In this document: positions 1 to 9,001 of the stretch, piece by piece
Numbering within the stretch: the stretch's first letter is position 1
How the letters are laid out: each line of letters opens with the position of its first letter
Source of the DNA: an uncultured Nitrospirales bacterium
GTDB taxonomy: Bacteria > Hydrogenedentota > Hydrogenedentia > Hydrogenedentales > SCBR16-9
Length of the DNA stretch: 64,000 nucleotides
Direction of reading: 5' to 3'
Assembly (NCBI GenBank): GCA_964537975.1
Contig: CAZIDP010000020.1
Coordinates: 783-64,782, forward strand
The notes under the pieces: generated by a model
Told to the model about the DNA's origin: nothing
Seen by the model: the letters and a program-made list of their open reading frames with translations, nothing else
The model's database searches: none
Made by a program: the position numbers and the translations under genes

Positions 1-1
1 T

Positions 2-1315
2 TTCTGCATTCATTGGTGCAATCACGGCCTGGACTGGAAGAATCCCCTGGATTTTTCAGAAGCAGCGTTGCTTGAAATGATGGATTACCTGGTTGAAAAC
101 TATTTTACCTTACCCAACTATCTTCTTATCGATAACCGGCCTGTTTTCATGGTCTGGGAATCACGACCGGTGTTTGAAGCAAATGGTGGTGAGGAAGCTT
201 TTCGAGATAATGTATTGCCCAAGTTGAATCAGCGCTGCCATGATGCAGGATTAGGAGACCTTTTTCTGGTTCACGTTGACAACAGTCCATTGCGCATTGC
301 AGATATTGAAACCGGTGATGCGGTTACTGGTTACAGTTATGCGCATCTAACCACAGATACGCCTTTCGGTGTGCCGGGAAGCGCACCATATTCTGAAATG
401 GTCGAAGCACTGCCGACGCATTGGGACCACATTTTAGACACGACCAAATTGCCATTTATGGTGAGCACCCAGGCAGGTTGGGACAGTACTCCACGCGCCT
501 TGGCATTTGACAGAAGTCCAGGTACCAGATGGGTTCGTACAGACAACACAGTGGAATTGTTTGAGGAAACCTTACGTGAAGGCAAATCGCGTATCACCAC
601 AGATATGCCTTTTTTTCTAATCGAGGCCTGGAACGAATGGGGAGAAGGTTCATTCATAGAGCCCAGTGTCAGTCATGGTTTTGGACATTTGGAAGCCATA
701 AGACGCGTTTTTGCTCCTGACGCACCGCAATGGGATTGGGCGGTACCGTCTCAATCACAAATAGATTCATACAGCGTATTGCGTGGTGAAGAGCTGGTTG
801 CAGCAAGAGCGCGTGAGCTACAGCCAGACCCGGCGCCGCCAGTAATTGAGCAATTGGTCAACATAACGCGCAATCCGGAAACATTACCCGAGGTACCTGT
901 CGCTGCGTACAGTTTCAACGATGCTTCATTTTTGGAAAAGCTGACATTCAGTGGTGGTGTACAGATCGAAAGCAGCGATGGCGCTGTAGCACGCTTTAAA
1001 ATTACAGGCAATGATCCACACATGGTGCTGCGGGAAGACTGGGGGGCACCTGTACATGAGCGCATCGTTGCATTGCGTGTTCGCTATGACGGGCCAAGTG
1101 CGTTACATGCAGAATTTTTCTGGGCTGCTGATGACGATACGCTTCAATCTGAAAAATCACGGCGTTATCAATGGATGTCTGACGGTGAATTTCATATCTA
1201 TGTCTTCACCTTTGATGAAGGGGAAGAGACTGTGGGCCGGTTGACTACACTTCGGCTTGACCTGCCGGATGAGGTCGGAGGTATAGCAGAATTGGAGTGG
1301 TTACGCGTTTACTGA
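2..1315 (+). CDS. GH99-like / WbsX-family glycoside hydrolase with C-terminal beta-sandwich module (5'-truncated by window edge)
   Basis: Frame is open from base 2 (FCIHWCNHGLDW, matching FGIMWANHDW of the paralog at 31188). Contains YLLIDNRPVF, GWDSTPR and the family motif IEAWNEWGEGSFIEP. Confidence 0.8.
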   Translation, partial: FCIHWCNHGLDWKNPLDFSEAALLEMMDYLVENYFTLPNYLLIDNRPVFMVWESRPVFEANGGEEAFRDNVLPKLNQRCHDAGLGDLFLVHVDNSPLRIADIETGDAVTGYSYAHLTTDTPFGVPGSAPYSEMVEALPTHWDHILDTTKLPFMVSTQAGWDSTPRALAFDRSPGTRWVRTDNTVELFEETLREGKSRITTDMPFFLIEAWNEWGEGSFIEPSVSHGFGHLEAIRRVFAPDAPQWDWAVPSQSQIDSYSVLRGEELVAARARELQPDPAPPVIEQLVNITRNPETLPEVPVAAYSFNDASFLEKLTFSGGVQIESSDGAVARFKITGNDPHMVLREDWGAPVHERIVALRVRYDGPSALHAEFFWAADDDTLQSEKSRRYQWMSDGEFHIYVFTFDEGEETVGRLTTLRLDLPDEVGGIAELEWLRVY

Positions 1316-1377
1316 TACAGTTTGAAGCGTACCGTATTGAATTATAACGGTTGCGGCATGTGCAAATAGTCTACCTG

Positions 1378-1399
1378 GACACAGGGTGGTCCTTGTGTT
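1378..1399. terminator. Stem-loop between convergent genes, possible terminator
   Basis: gacacaggg-tggt-ccttgtgtt forms a 9-bp stem with G-U pairs; no strong U-tract. Confidence 0.35.
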
Positions 1400-1571
1400 C
1401 TAATCTCTATTGGAGTTCACCTGTTTTATAATACATCCTCGACGAATAAATGGTACACAAGGGTAATTCTCGAATAAATTTTCCAGACAATCAGAATTGA
1501 TTATTCAATATGATCGGTATCGGTAGAACTTTTGAAAGTTGTACACGCATATAATCGCGAACTATCTTCCT

Positions 1572-3344
1572 TCACTCGAATTTCATATAGGTCATCGTGA
1601 ATATTGCTTCGGTTACAGGCGCTTCAGAAAAATCGACCGTAAGGCGTTTGAGGACTTCCCGCTTGTGATTGTCCCGACTGGCTTCTTCAAGGTGTTCAAC
1701 GGCAAAGATGACCTCGGGAGATGAAATGAGCAAAGTGCCGTTCTTACCCTCGATTCTGGCTGTATTGCCGTCGGCTTCGATTTGTTGCCAGGTCACGAAG
1801 GCCGTTTGTACAGGTAAACCTTCGCCTTCAAACTCAAATGTATCCGACAAGGTGATGGTTTTGTCGTCAACAACAGCAATGATTCGCTCAAGTTTTGTCA
1901 ATTCGGGCACGGCATAGGCTTGTTCGAAACGGATGATGAATGCCCCTTCTTCGTTACGGGAGAGGGTGCCTTTGTATTGACTGCCCGGTGGCTGGAGTTG
2001 CCCGTTGATCACTGGAACACTGTGACCATAGGAATTGGCAAAGATGTTTTTGTAACGATTGGGCCCGAAGTAGTCACGTGAATATCGCCCAGCACCAGGA
2101 TCGCAGAGAAAGGTATCACCGTTTATCCGCACAATGAAACTGCCAATGTCGTTGTTGTTGTGTTGCTCGGCGTTGTGGCCTGCTTTCACAGCAATGGTAA
2201 TCAGGTGGTCATCATTCTGATGCACAAGTTTTCCAATTCCGGCATCGGGGAAAAAGGCATCGCTTAGTTGCAGTTCAGTTATATCCCCATCATAGGACCA
2301 GAGTATGTTTCGCAATGTAGTGACAAAGCGCCAAGACTCTACACTGCCTGCAAGTTGCGGTAGAAAGTTGGCATTCGTACGTTCAGCAAGGCGATTAACA
2401 ATGAAAGGTTCCAGTTGCGCGTTCTCCCGACTGTCGGCAAAGTTTGCAAATACTTCATGATCCAGCGCCATTACTTCCGGGAAGCGTGCGATGTGGGGAA
2501 TCTTCTCATGGGCAAGCAAATCGATGGCACCATCCGTTCGGCTGCGTAACATCTCGGCCAGTACGACATAATGAATCAGGCCGTAATTCCAATATCCGAT
2601 ACCTTCCAGGCTGGCGCCTTCCGGGGTGAATGCGTTGTCGATATAACGATAGAGTTGTTCCAACACCAGTGCCAGTGCTTGAGCCTTACGGTCGATATCA
2701 TTTTCCAGCAATAGAAATGTCTGTCCGATAGCTCCCGCGCAAACGCCGGTCCAGTTGCTGCTGCCATTGCCCCAGCCATATCCATCGGGGTTGGCAAGAT
2801 AGGGTGTGAATATCCTACCCTCTACCTCACTTCGAATTCGGTTACGGATTTCTTCCGGCAGCCGATCACCCAAAACCAAATCGACATGTGCCAGCTCGGC
2901 GGCAGTTTCTGATGCAAAAAGGTCGAGTTTTCCATGTCGCACTTCATGGGCAGGTAATGACCAGGTCGTTTCTTCACAAATATTCCAGACAAGATCATTT
3001 ACACGGTCAAGCGCCGCGTCATCGCCCCCTAACCAAACCGCTAGTGTTGCTCGGTTTAGTTCGGCGCGTTTCGCGAAATATGGTTCCTGATAGGGTTCGC
3101 GTGCGCCAGTAAGTTGAAAAATTCGGTAGTCAGTATAAGACGTCGTGGGAATGTCTGAAAGTCGGTTTCTGTACCAGGCCCTCAACGTTTCCCACTCCGA
3201 GGAATTTCTGAGCACTTCCAGGTCAGTGTGCCCCAATTCAGGTAGATACGGCCCGGAGGTTGATTCAAGAATTACTTTAATATCTTCTTCGGTGTGGGAA
3301 TTCAAGACCCCAAAACCGATAATCAGCGCTGTAGTGAACAACAT
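1572..3344 (-). CDS. Heparinase II/III-family polysaccharide lyase
   Basis: Motifs SNWTGVC, EGIGYWNYG, KAGHNAEQHNNNDIGSF and NSYGHSVPVING. Start placed at ATG 3344 (GGAGG upstream), followed by a hydrophobic signal-like N-terminus. Confidence 0.8.
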   Translation of the reverse strand: MLFTTALIIGFGVLNSHTEEDIKVILESTSGPYLPELGHTDLEVLRNSSEWETLRAWYRNRLSDIPTTSYTDYRIFQLTGAREPYQEPYFAKRAELNRATLAVWLGGDDAALDRVNDLVWNICEETTWSLPAHEVRHGKLDLFASETAAELAHVDLVLGDRLPEEIRNRIRSEVEGRIFTPYLANPDGYGWGNGSSNWTGVCAGAIGQTFLLLENDIDRKAQALALVLEQLYRYIDNAFTPEGASLEGIGYWNYGLIHYVVLAEMLRSRTDGAIDLLAHEKIPHIARFPEVMALDHEVFANFADSRENAQLEPFIVNRLAERTNANFLPQLAGSVESWRFVTTLRNILWSYDGDITELQLSDAFFPDAGIGKLVHQNDDHLITIAVKAGHNAEQHNNNDIGSFIVRINGDTFLCDPGAGRYSRDYFGPNRYKNIFANSYGHSVPVINGQLQPPGSQYKGTLSRNEEGAFIIRFEQAYAVPELTKLERIIAVVDDKTITLSDTFEFEGEGLPVQTAFVTWQQIEADGNTARIEGKNGTLLISSPEVIFAVEHLEEASRDNHKREVLKRLTVDFSEAPVTEAIFTMTYMKFE

Positions 3345-3519
3345 GATGAAATGCCCTCCCAGATAATATCTCACAGTAATCGGAATGCAAAAGGTTTATG
3401 CAAACCATCATAAGGGAAAGGGTTTCAAAATTCCAATCTGAATTGAAATTGCACAGGGCAGACACATACATCTGTGTTGAAATGTGAGCTGTAAGAGAAA
3501 GGGAAGAGATGGGAAGGAA

Positions 3520-4140
3520 TCAGGCCAACATGTTCAAACGGTTGCCGGGAAGGGTGAACGCTGCTTGCGATGCTGGCGTATCTGTTGAATTTTCGGGTTC
3601 AGCAGTAGGGGTTGGCGGTAGTGAACTTGGTACCGGTATTGTAGTATCGGTCGTGGGCGTAATAGAAACAGCAGCTGTGTTGTTATAATTATTTACATTG
3701 GGTGCCGGTTCCGGACGAAAGGCTTCAGGTGCAGGCACTGGTGACGACACCTCACGGGGAGTTTGTCCCTCAGTATTGGTGAGTTCAATTATTGCGGCAG
3801 TTTGTTCTCGTACTGCTTCTTCAGTTGCTTGCTGTTCTGCACGGCGTTCCAATGATGCTTCACGCAGTTCTTCTGGCGAAGGCACTACGCGTCTGGAAAG
3901 CTCTAAGTTTATGTCAATAGCCTGTAAGGCAGCACCGGATACATTTACACTGTTGTTGCCAAACCCCACATCCAGTTTGTCAATTCGATTGGTGTTGTTT
4001 TGGGTGTTTTCCTGGGAAGGGACTCCCCTTTCACTGCTCGCACGTCTCGGTGCTTCAGTTTGTGGTGACACACCTCGCATAGCAGGTGAAGCATTACGCA
4101 ATTGCGCTTGCATGTTATGGTTAATCGCCTGGATTTCCAT
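3520..4140 (-). CDS. Hypothetical low-complexity protein (Pro/Thr/Asn-rich, short charged helix)
   Basis: 206-aa ORF preceded by a near-consensus sigma70 promoter; no recognisable domain. Confidence 0.65.
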   Translation of the reverse strand: MEIQAINHNMQAQLRNASPAMRGVSPQTEAPRRASSERGVPSQENTQNNTNRIDKLDVGFGNNSVNVSGAALQAIDINLELSRRVVPSPEELREASLERRAEQQATEEAVREQTAAIIELTNTEGQTPREVSSPVPAPEAFRPEPAPNVNNYNNTAAVSITPTTDTTIPVPSSLPPTPTAEPENSTDTPASQAAFTLPGNRLNMLA

Positions 4141-4202
4141 ATCATTCCAACTTCGTTAAAAAATTCTATCAATAATTAATACTATTCTTTTTCGCTACCT
4201 AC

Positions 4203-4231
4203 ATTATCCCATGTTCTCTCATGGTTGTCAA
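4203..4231 (-). promoter_or_regulatory. Sigma70-type promoter for the 4140 ORF, with a palindrome in the spacer
   Basis: Minus strand reads TTGACA-17 nt-GATAAT; the spacer contains CCATG-N6-CATGG. Confidence 0.6.
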
Positions 4232-4296
4232 GCAAGAAAAACATTTTTCAGGATAAATTATGTGCAAAACAAGAAAGAGGTGGGTGGTCAAGAGGG

Positions 4297-4388
<92 letters not shown>

Positions 4389-4548
4389 GGTGAGCTGGAA
4401 ATCATAGCAAATTGCGGGTACTACTTCCAACCCTATTATTGGGTCCAGGGGGTCATAGCATTCTCAACAATATAATTTTGTTGATTCACGGAATCATTAC
4501 TATTAAAGAATAGAATCGAATGGTTTCATATCGAGTAATATGAAAAAT

Positions 4549-4579
4549 TCCCGCCAGCTATTTATATAAACTGACGGGA
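4549..4579 (-). terminator. Rho-independent terminator after the 4631 gene
   Basis: Minus strand tcccgtcag-N13-ctggcggga followed by atttttc. Confidence 0.55.
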
Positions 4580-4630
4580 TTACTCAAAATAATTCGCCAC
4601 AAATTGTTACATTCGAAAATACCGTGAATC

Positions 4631-5572
4631 CTATGCGGTTTGACGACGTAACAAAACAAATCCGGACATGGAAGCTGCGACTACCAATAATATCAAGCCG
4701 GGATATCCGGAAATTGGCAAAGCTTCGACTACCAGTAGCGTATGCGTTACAGTCACCGTGTCATAATCGTCTGTGACTGCAACCGCATATTGACCACTGT
4801 CCGCTTCAGTAAGCGAAATCAATTCCAGGAAACTGTTGGTTTCACCTGGCAACTGCACACCGTCTTTCCACCATTGAAAGCTGATATCGCCAACAGCAGC
4901 AGTGACATCGGTCCATAAAGTCGCATCGTTGCCTTGAACAATCAAACTGGGACCGGCGATATTCACGATTACAGGACATGGCTCCGGCGCGAAATCAGGA
5001 TCGTCAGTCAATGCTATCCATTCAATCTTGACCACCATATCTTTAAAATCGGGCCAGGCTCCTCCTTCTGCATGTGGCTGGCCGTCCGGGATGTCGAGGC
5101 GCAATGTGTTCATGGTCCATATTTCTTCATCCGGAAAAGTAGTCAGGTAATTCACACGGAGAATATGCTCGCCATTGCCTATACCTGAGAACACTGGACG
5201 AATGTGGCCTGTATTCGCTCTGAATGTATAAACACCAATGTTGAATGCCCGAGGAGCATTTTCTACGATCAGCTTCATGGCAAATTCAGGATTTGCTTCC
5301 AGGTTAAACGAATGACCTCCTGAAGCGATATATGGATCATATGATCCTGGCATTTCAGCGGACTGGGTTACCACCATGTAGGTACCTCCATCCCAGGCTA
5401 CCGGACTCTGGTTGGCCATGGCCCAACCTTGAAGGCCATCACAGAAATCCCACACCAGAGGTGTGGATTCTTGTGTATTACCGGGAAGCGCAATCCCAAG
5501 CAACAACAATGCAGTCAGTACAAAAAGGCTAGACTTCTTCATAGCATTTTGCACCCATAAAAAACTTACCAT
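4631..5572 (-). CDS. Exported protein: beta-sandwich (CBM-like) module, Ig-like domain and C-terminal membrane anchor
   Basis: AAGGAG 6 nt before ATG 5572; signal peptide; Ig signature (FQWWKDG...DSGQYAV); ends LPISGYPG, TM helix, RR. Confidence 0.75.
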   Translation of the reverse strand: MVSFLWVQNAMKKSSLFVLTALLLLGIALPGNTQESTPLVWDFCDGLQGWAMANQSPVAWDGGTYMVVTQSAEMPGSYDPYIASGGHSFNLEANPEFAMKLIVENAPRAFNIGVYTFRANTGHIRPVFSGIGNGEHILRVNYLTTFPDEEIWTMNTLRLDIPDGQPHAEGGAWPDFKDMVVKIEWIALTDDPDFAPEPCPVIVNIAGPSLIVQGNDATLWTDVTAAVGDISFQWWKDGVQLPGETNSFLELISLTEADSGQYAVAVTDDYDTVTVTHTLLVVEALPISGYPGLILLVVAASMSGFVLLRRQTA

Positions 5573-6299
5573 TTTGCTCTCCTTTCGATTTGATTCCATT
5601 ATACCAATGTTTACGATAATATAATATTACTTAAATAGTAATATATATAAACAAAAATAAAAAGTATGTTTTGCGTTTCATATGATATAAAGAATGTTAG
5701 CACAAAAAATGAACAAGATCAATATATTAATGTTTAAATGGATAACACAAATTAAAAGTTTTATATTAGTTAATACTAAATTTATCAATATTTATATAGT
5801 GCAAAATGGAAATTCTGGAAAAGGATAATGTTGATAGTAAAAAATGCATTTCCTGTTGGTGGAAATCTATAAAATCGTTGGGCATTTTTTTATGAAAGAT
5901 CAGAAAAAAAATTTTAGAAGAAATTTTGAAGCATTGAAGACATGGTGCAGTGGCACAAAGATAAAATTTATTGTCCACATCTGCGCTGGTTATATGGGAG
6001 GTTGTATAGCGCTATAAGTGCCTGTTGATTCCAGCTCAAGATAAAACTTAATTTATGGAAAAGCGAATGACGATCGCAAATTCGTGGTGGCATTATAGAA
6101 ATAACTAGCTCTTACTGTAACGAAATACATTTTGGAAGTGCGGACAGTTCTACTCAAGACAGGTGAGAAATCCCGCTGGCATCTCGCCAGGAGATGAAAC
6201 CGATAGGTTGAAAATCAGGCAAACTCTTGCGGATACCAGTTCAATCGGGTATGCTTATGCGGGGATACGGTAAACAACCGTTAGGACATTGTTATATAT

Positions 6300-7709
6300 A
6301 TGACACAGGAATCCAGACCCAATATCATAACCATAGTTGCGGATGATCTCGGCGTATGGGGACTCAGGTCTTATGGAAATCATGAGATTCGCACGCCCCA
6401 TCTGGATCAACTCGCCGCTTCCGGCATACGATTTGAAAATTTCTTTTGTACTTCACCGGTTTGTTCACCAGCCCGGGCATCACTTCTGACAGGGCGTATA
6501 CCTTCACAGCATGGGGTACATGACTGGATTCGCCGGGGCAACCAAAAAGAAGACCGCGTAGAATATCTGGCAGGTCTGACCGGATTCAGTGAATTGCTTG
6601 CTGATGCAGGATACCAATGTGCATTCAGTGGGAAGTGGCACCTTGGTGACAGTTCAAGACCACAGAAAGGGTATGCCCACTGGTACACCTATCAAACAGG
6701 TGGTGGGCCCTATTACAATGCGCCCATGTACCGGGATGGAGAAGCGATCCGGGAACCCGGTTATGTGACGGATCGCATCACAGATGAAGCACTGGTATTT
6801 CTGGAACACATGGTTTCTGGAGCGGCACCTTTTCATCTGGCTGTACACTATACCGCTCCGCACAGTCCCTGGGTGAACAACCATCCACCTGAACTGGTGG
6901 CAGCCTATGAGGACTGTCCATTCCATTCTTGTCCACAAGAAACGCCTCATCCCTGGGTGTTAAAAAATACGGTTCCTGAAGGGGTTTATGAAGCACCACA
7001 AGAACATCTCAAGGGGTACTTTGCATCAGTCACAGCGATGGATGCCAACATAGGCCGTATTATGTCCGCACTGGATCAACATGGAATATTGAACAACTCC
7101 TTCATCTTTTTTACCAGTGACAACGGATACAATTGTGGTCATCATGGTATCTGGGGCAAGGGGAATGGTACCTATCCATTGAATATGTATGATACCAGCG
7201 TCAAGGTGCCGACATTGTTGTCAATGCCTGGCAGAGAGGGTGCGGGTACGGTATGTAAGGCATTGTTGAGCCATTATGATTTAATGCCGACATTGATGGA
7301 TTTGGTTGGCGTAGCTTTGCCAGACGCAGAATCCCTACCCGGCAGTTCATTTTTACCGGTTCTTCGCGGAGAGCAACCCGAGGCACGGTCTGAAGTTGTT
7401 GTCTTTGATGAATATGGCCCCGTGCGTATGATTCGGAACCACGAATGGAAATATGTGCATCGATATCCCTATGGGCCGCACGAATTGTACGATCTTACCG
7501 AAGACCCGGACGAGCTGAATAATCTGGCAAAAGACAATTCATTTAATGAGGTTCGCGAAACATTGAAGGCACAACTGGACACGTGGTTTCTTCGTTATGC
7601 GGTTCCAGATCGGGATGGTATCCGTGAGCCGGTTTATGGCAAAGGGCAGCTCGGGTTATGTGGTACAGCAGCAAAGGGTAAAAATGTTTTTGCTGACGAC
7701 ATCCGCTGA
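6300..7709 (+). CDS. Cys-type (formylglycine) sulfatase, choline-sulfatase-like, cytoplasmic
   Basis: RPNIITIVADDLG, CSPARASLLTG (CxPxR), GKWHLG, FTSDNG, ELYDLTEDPDE; no signal peptide. Confidence 0.93.
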   Translation: MTQESRPNIITIVADDLGVWGLRSYGNHEIRTPHLDQLAASGIRFENFFCTSPVCSPARASLLTGRIPSQHGVHDWIRRGNQKEDRVEYLAGLTGFSELLADAGYQCAFSGKWHLGDSSRPQKGYAHWYTYQTGGGPYYNAPMYRDGEAIREPGYVTDRITDEALVFLEHMVSGAAPFHLAVHYTAPHSPWVNNHPPELVAAYEDCPFHSCPQETPHPWVLKNTVPEGVYEAPQEHLKGYFASVTAMDANIGRIMSALDQHGILNNSFIFFTSDNGYNCGHHGIWGKGNGTYPLNMYDTSVKVPTLLSMPGREGAGTVCKALLSHYDLMPTLMDLVGVALPDAESLPGSSFLPVLRGEQPEARSEVVVFDEYGPVRMIRNHEWKYVHRYPYGPHELYDLTEDPDELNNLAKDNSFNEVRETLKAQLDTWFLRYAVPDRDGIREPVYGKGQLGLCGTAAKGKNVFADDIR

Positions 7710-7741
7710 AACCTTGAATTATATTTGAGATTATATTCGGT

Positions 7742-8758
7742 TTAAGCGATGCGTTCAAAGCCTTCTGCAGTAATCTGTACGGTGATATCCGGTGGCGTTG
7801 GTAAATCAAGAAAGCGTGCCGGGTTTGAAGAAGCGAGCGCCCACGCGGCATCAAATTCCAAATCGGTATGCTGGAAGGCAAACAGAATTCCCCGGTCAAG
7901 CGTCAGCGCGGAACCAGCCAGGCCGGCGTGCCCTTGAAGTGTAACCCGCAATGAATGAGAGACATCGACCTGGGCAGCACCCAGGGTATATGCCCCTGGC
8001 CCCAGGTCGGCTGCGGCCATTGCATCGGTTATCAGTATGGAACGTTCCGGAGTTTTGGCACGTAAGAAATTTTTCAAGGCTGGAGCAGGTATGTGATGAC
8101 CGTCAGCAATAAAAGTCGCATGCAACGTATCATTGGCCAACTGTGTTTGAATGTAATTGTCGTGCCGCGGCAATACTTGATGTGACCCATTGCCCAGATG
8201 GGTGGACAAAGTGGCACCTGCCAGCACGGCTTCATCTATGTGCTGCTGACTGGCATTCGTATGTCCCAGGGCTACCTTGATACCGGCTTTTACCAACAAT
8301 TCGATGAGCTCGATTGCACCGGGAAGTTCCGGCGCCAGGGTAATTATTGCTATGCAGTCCTCTGCCAAATCCAATATGTTGTTTATAAGGTCTGGGCTGT
8401 GAATTGGAGTACGACAATGCATTAAGGGGTGTGCACCACGCGGACCATCTTCCGGAGAAATAAACGGGCCCTCGATGTGCAACGCGGGATAAAAATCAGC
8501 CAGTGCAGGTTCTTCTTCGATCAATCGTCTATATACCTGGATACGTCTAACTAAAGATTCTGATGCATCTGTGATAAATGTTGGCAGGGCGACGACTACC
8601 CCACGCTTTTCCATGAGACGACGTACTTTTTGCCAGGACTCCGGTGTCCACGTATCCGGGTCACCGTTGAAGTCAAGTCCGGCATACCCATTTACCTGTA
8701 AATCAACCAAGCCTGGCCCTGTGTAATTCACGGGTAGTGGTTTTTGAAATAGTGACAT
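7742..8758 (-). CDS. nagA: N-acetylglucosamine-6-phosphate deacetylase
   Basis: PGLVDLQVNGYAG, HIEGPFIS, TLAPE, GHT, THLGNG, IADGHH, LITDAM, LAGS. Confidence 0.85.
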   Translation of the reverse strand: MSLFQKPLPVNYTGPGLVDLQVNGYAGLDFNGDPDTWTPESWQKVRRLMEKRGVVVALPTFITDASESLVRRIQVYRRLIEEEPALADFYPALHIEGPFISPEDGPRGAHPLMHCRTPIHSPDLINNILDLAEDCIAIITLAPELPGAIELIELLVKAGIKVALGHTNASQQHIDEAVLAGATLSTHLGNGSHQVLPRHDNYIQTQLANDTLHATFIADGHHIPAPALKNFLRAKTPERSILITDAMAAADLGPGAYTLGAAQVDVSHSLRVTLQGHAGLAGSALTLDRGILFAFQHTDLEFDAAWALASSNPARFLDLPTPPDITVQITAEGFERIA

Positions 8759-9001
8759 ACCGATTCATTCCTTGTGAATCCAGATGTTTTAGATTGCTTT
8801 ACAAAATAGCATTTGGTGTTGAGAGTATTTCATACTGAAATCGGATAGTCAAGCACAGTTCAATACGAATAGGTTTGAGAGCTGATATTTATCGAAATGC
8901 GTTAAAATGTTGTTAATCTAACAAGTCAGCTCATTTACACTAAAACAAACAATTTATAATTTACAATGCTGATGTGATATGCTACCCTTAGAGAAAGAGG
9001 G

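Noticed and set aside
5600-6120. Very AT-rich stretch with short ORFs (5766..5978 minus and a ~41-aa plus-strand ORF)
   Set aside because: Best explained as a divergent promoter region; the ORFs look like compositional artefacts, and no repeat array is visible.
6150-6200. Resemblance to SAM-I or cobalamin riboswitch fragments (tcaagacaggtgag, gatgaaacc)
   Set aside because: Core conserved elements of those classes are missing, so no class is assigned.
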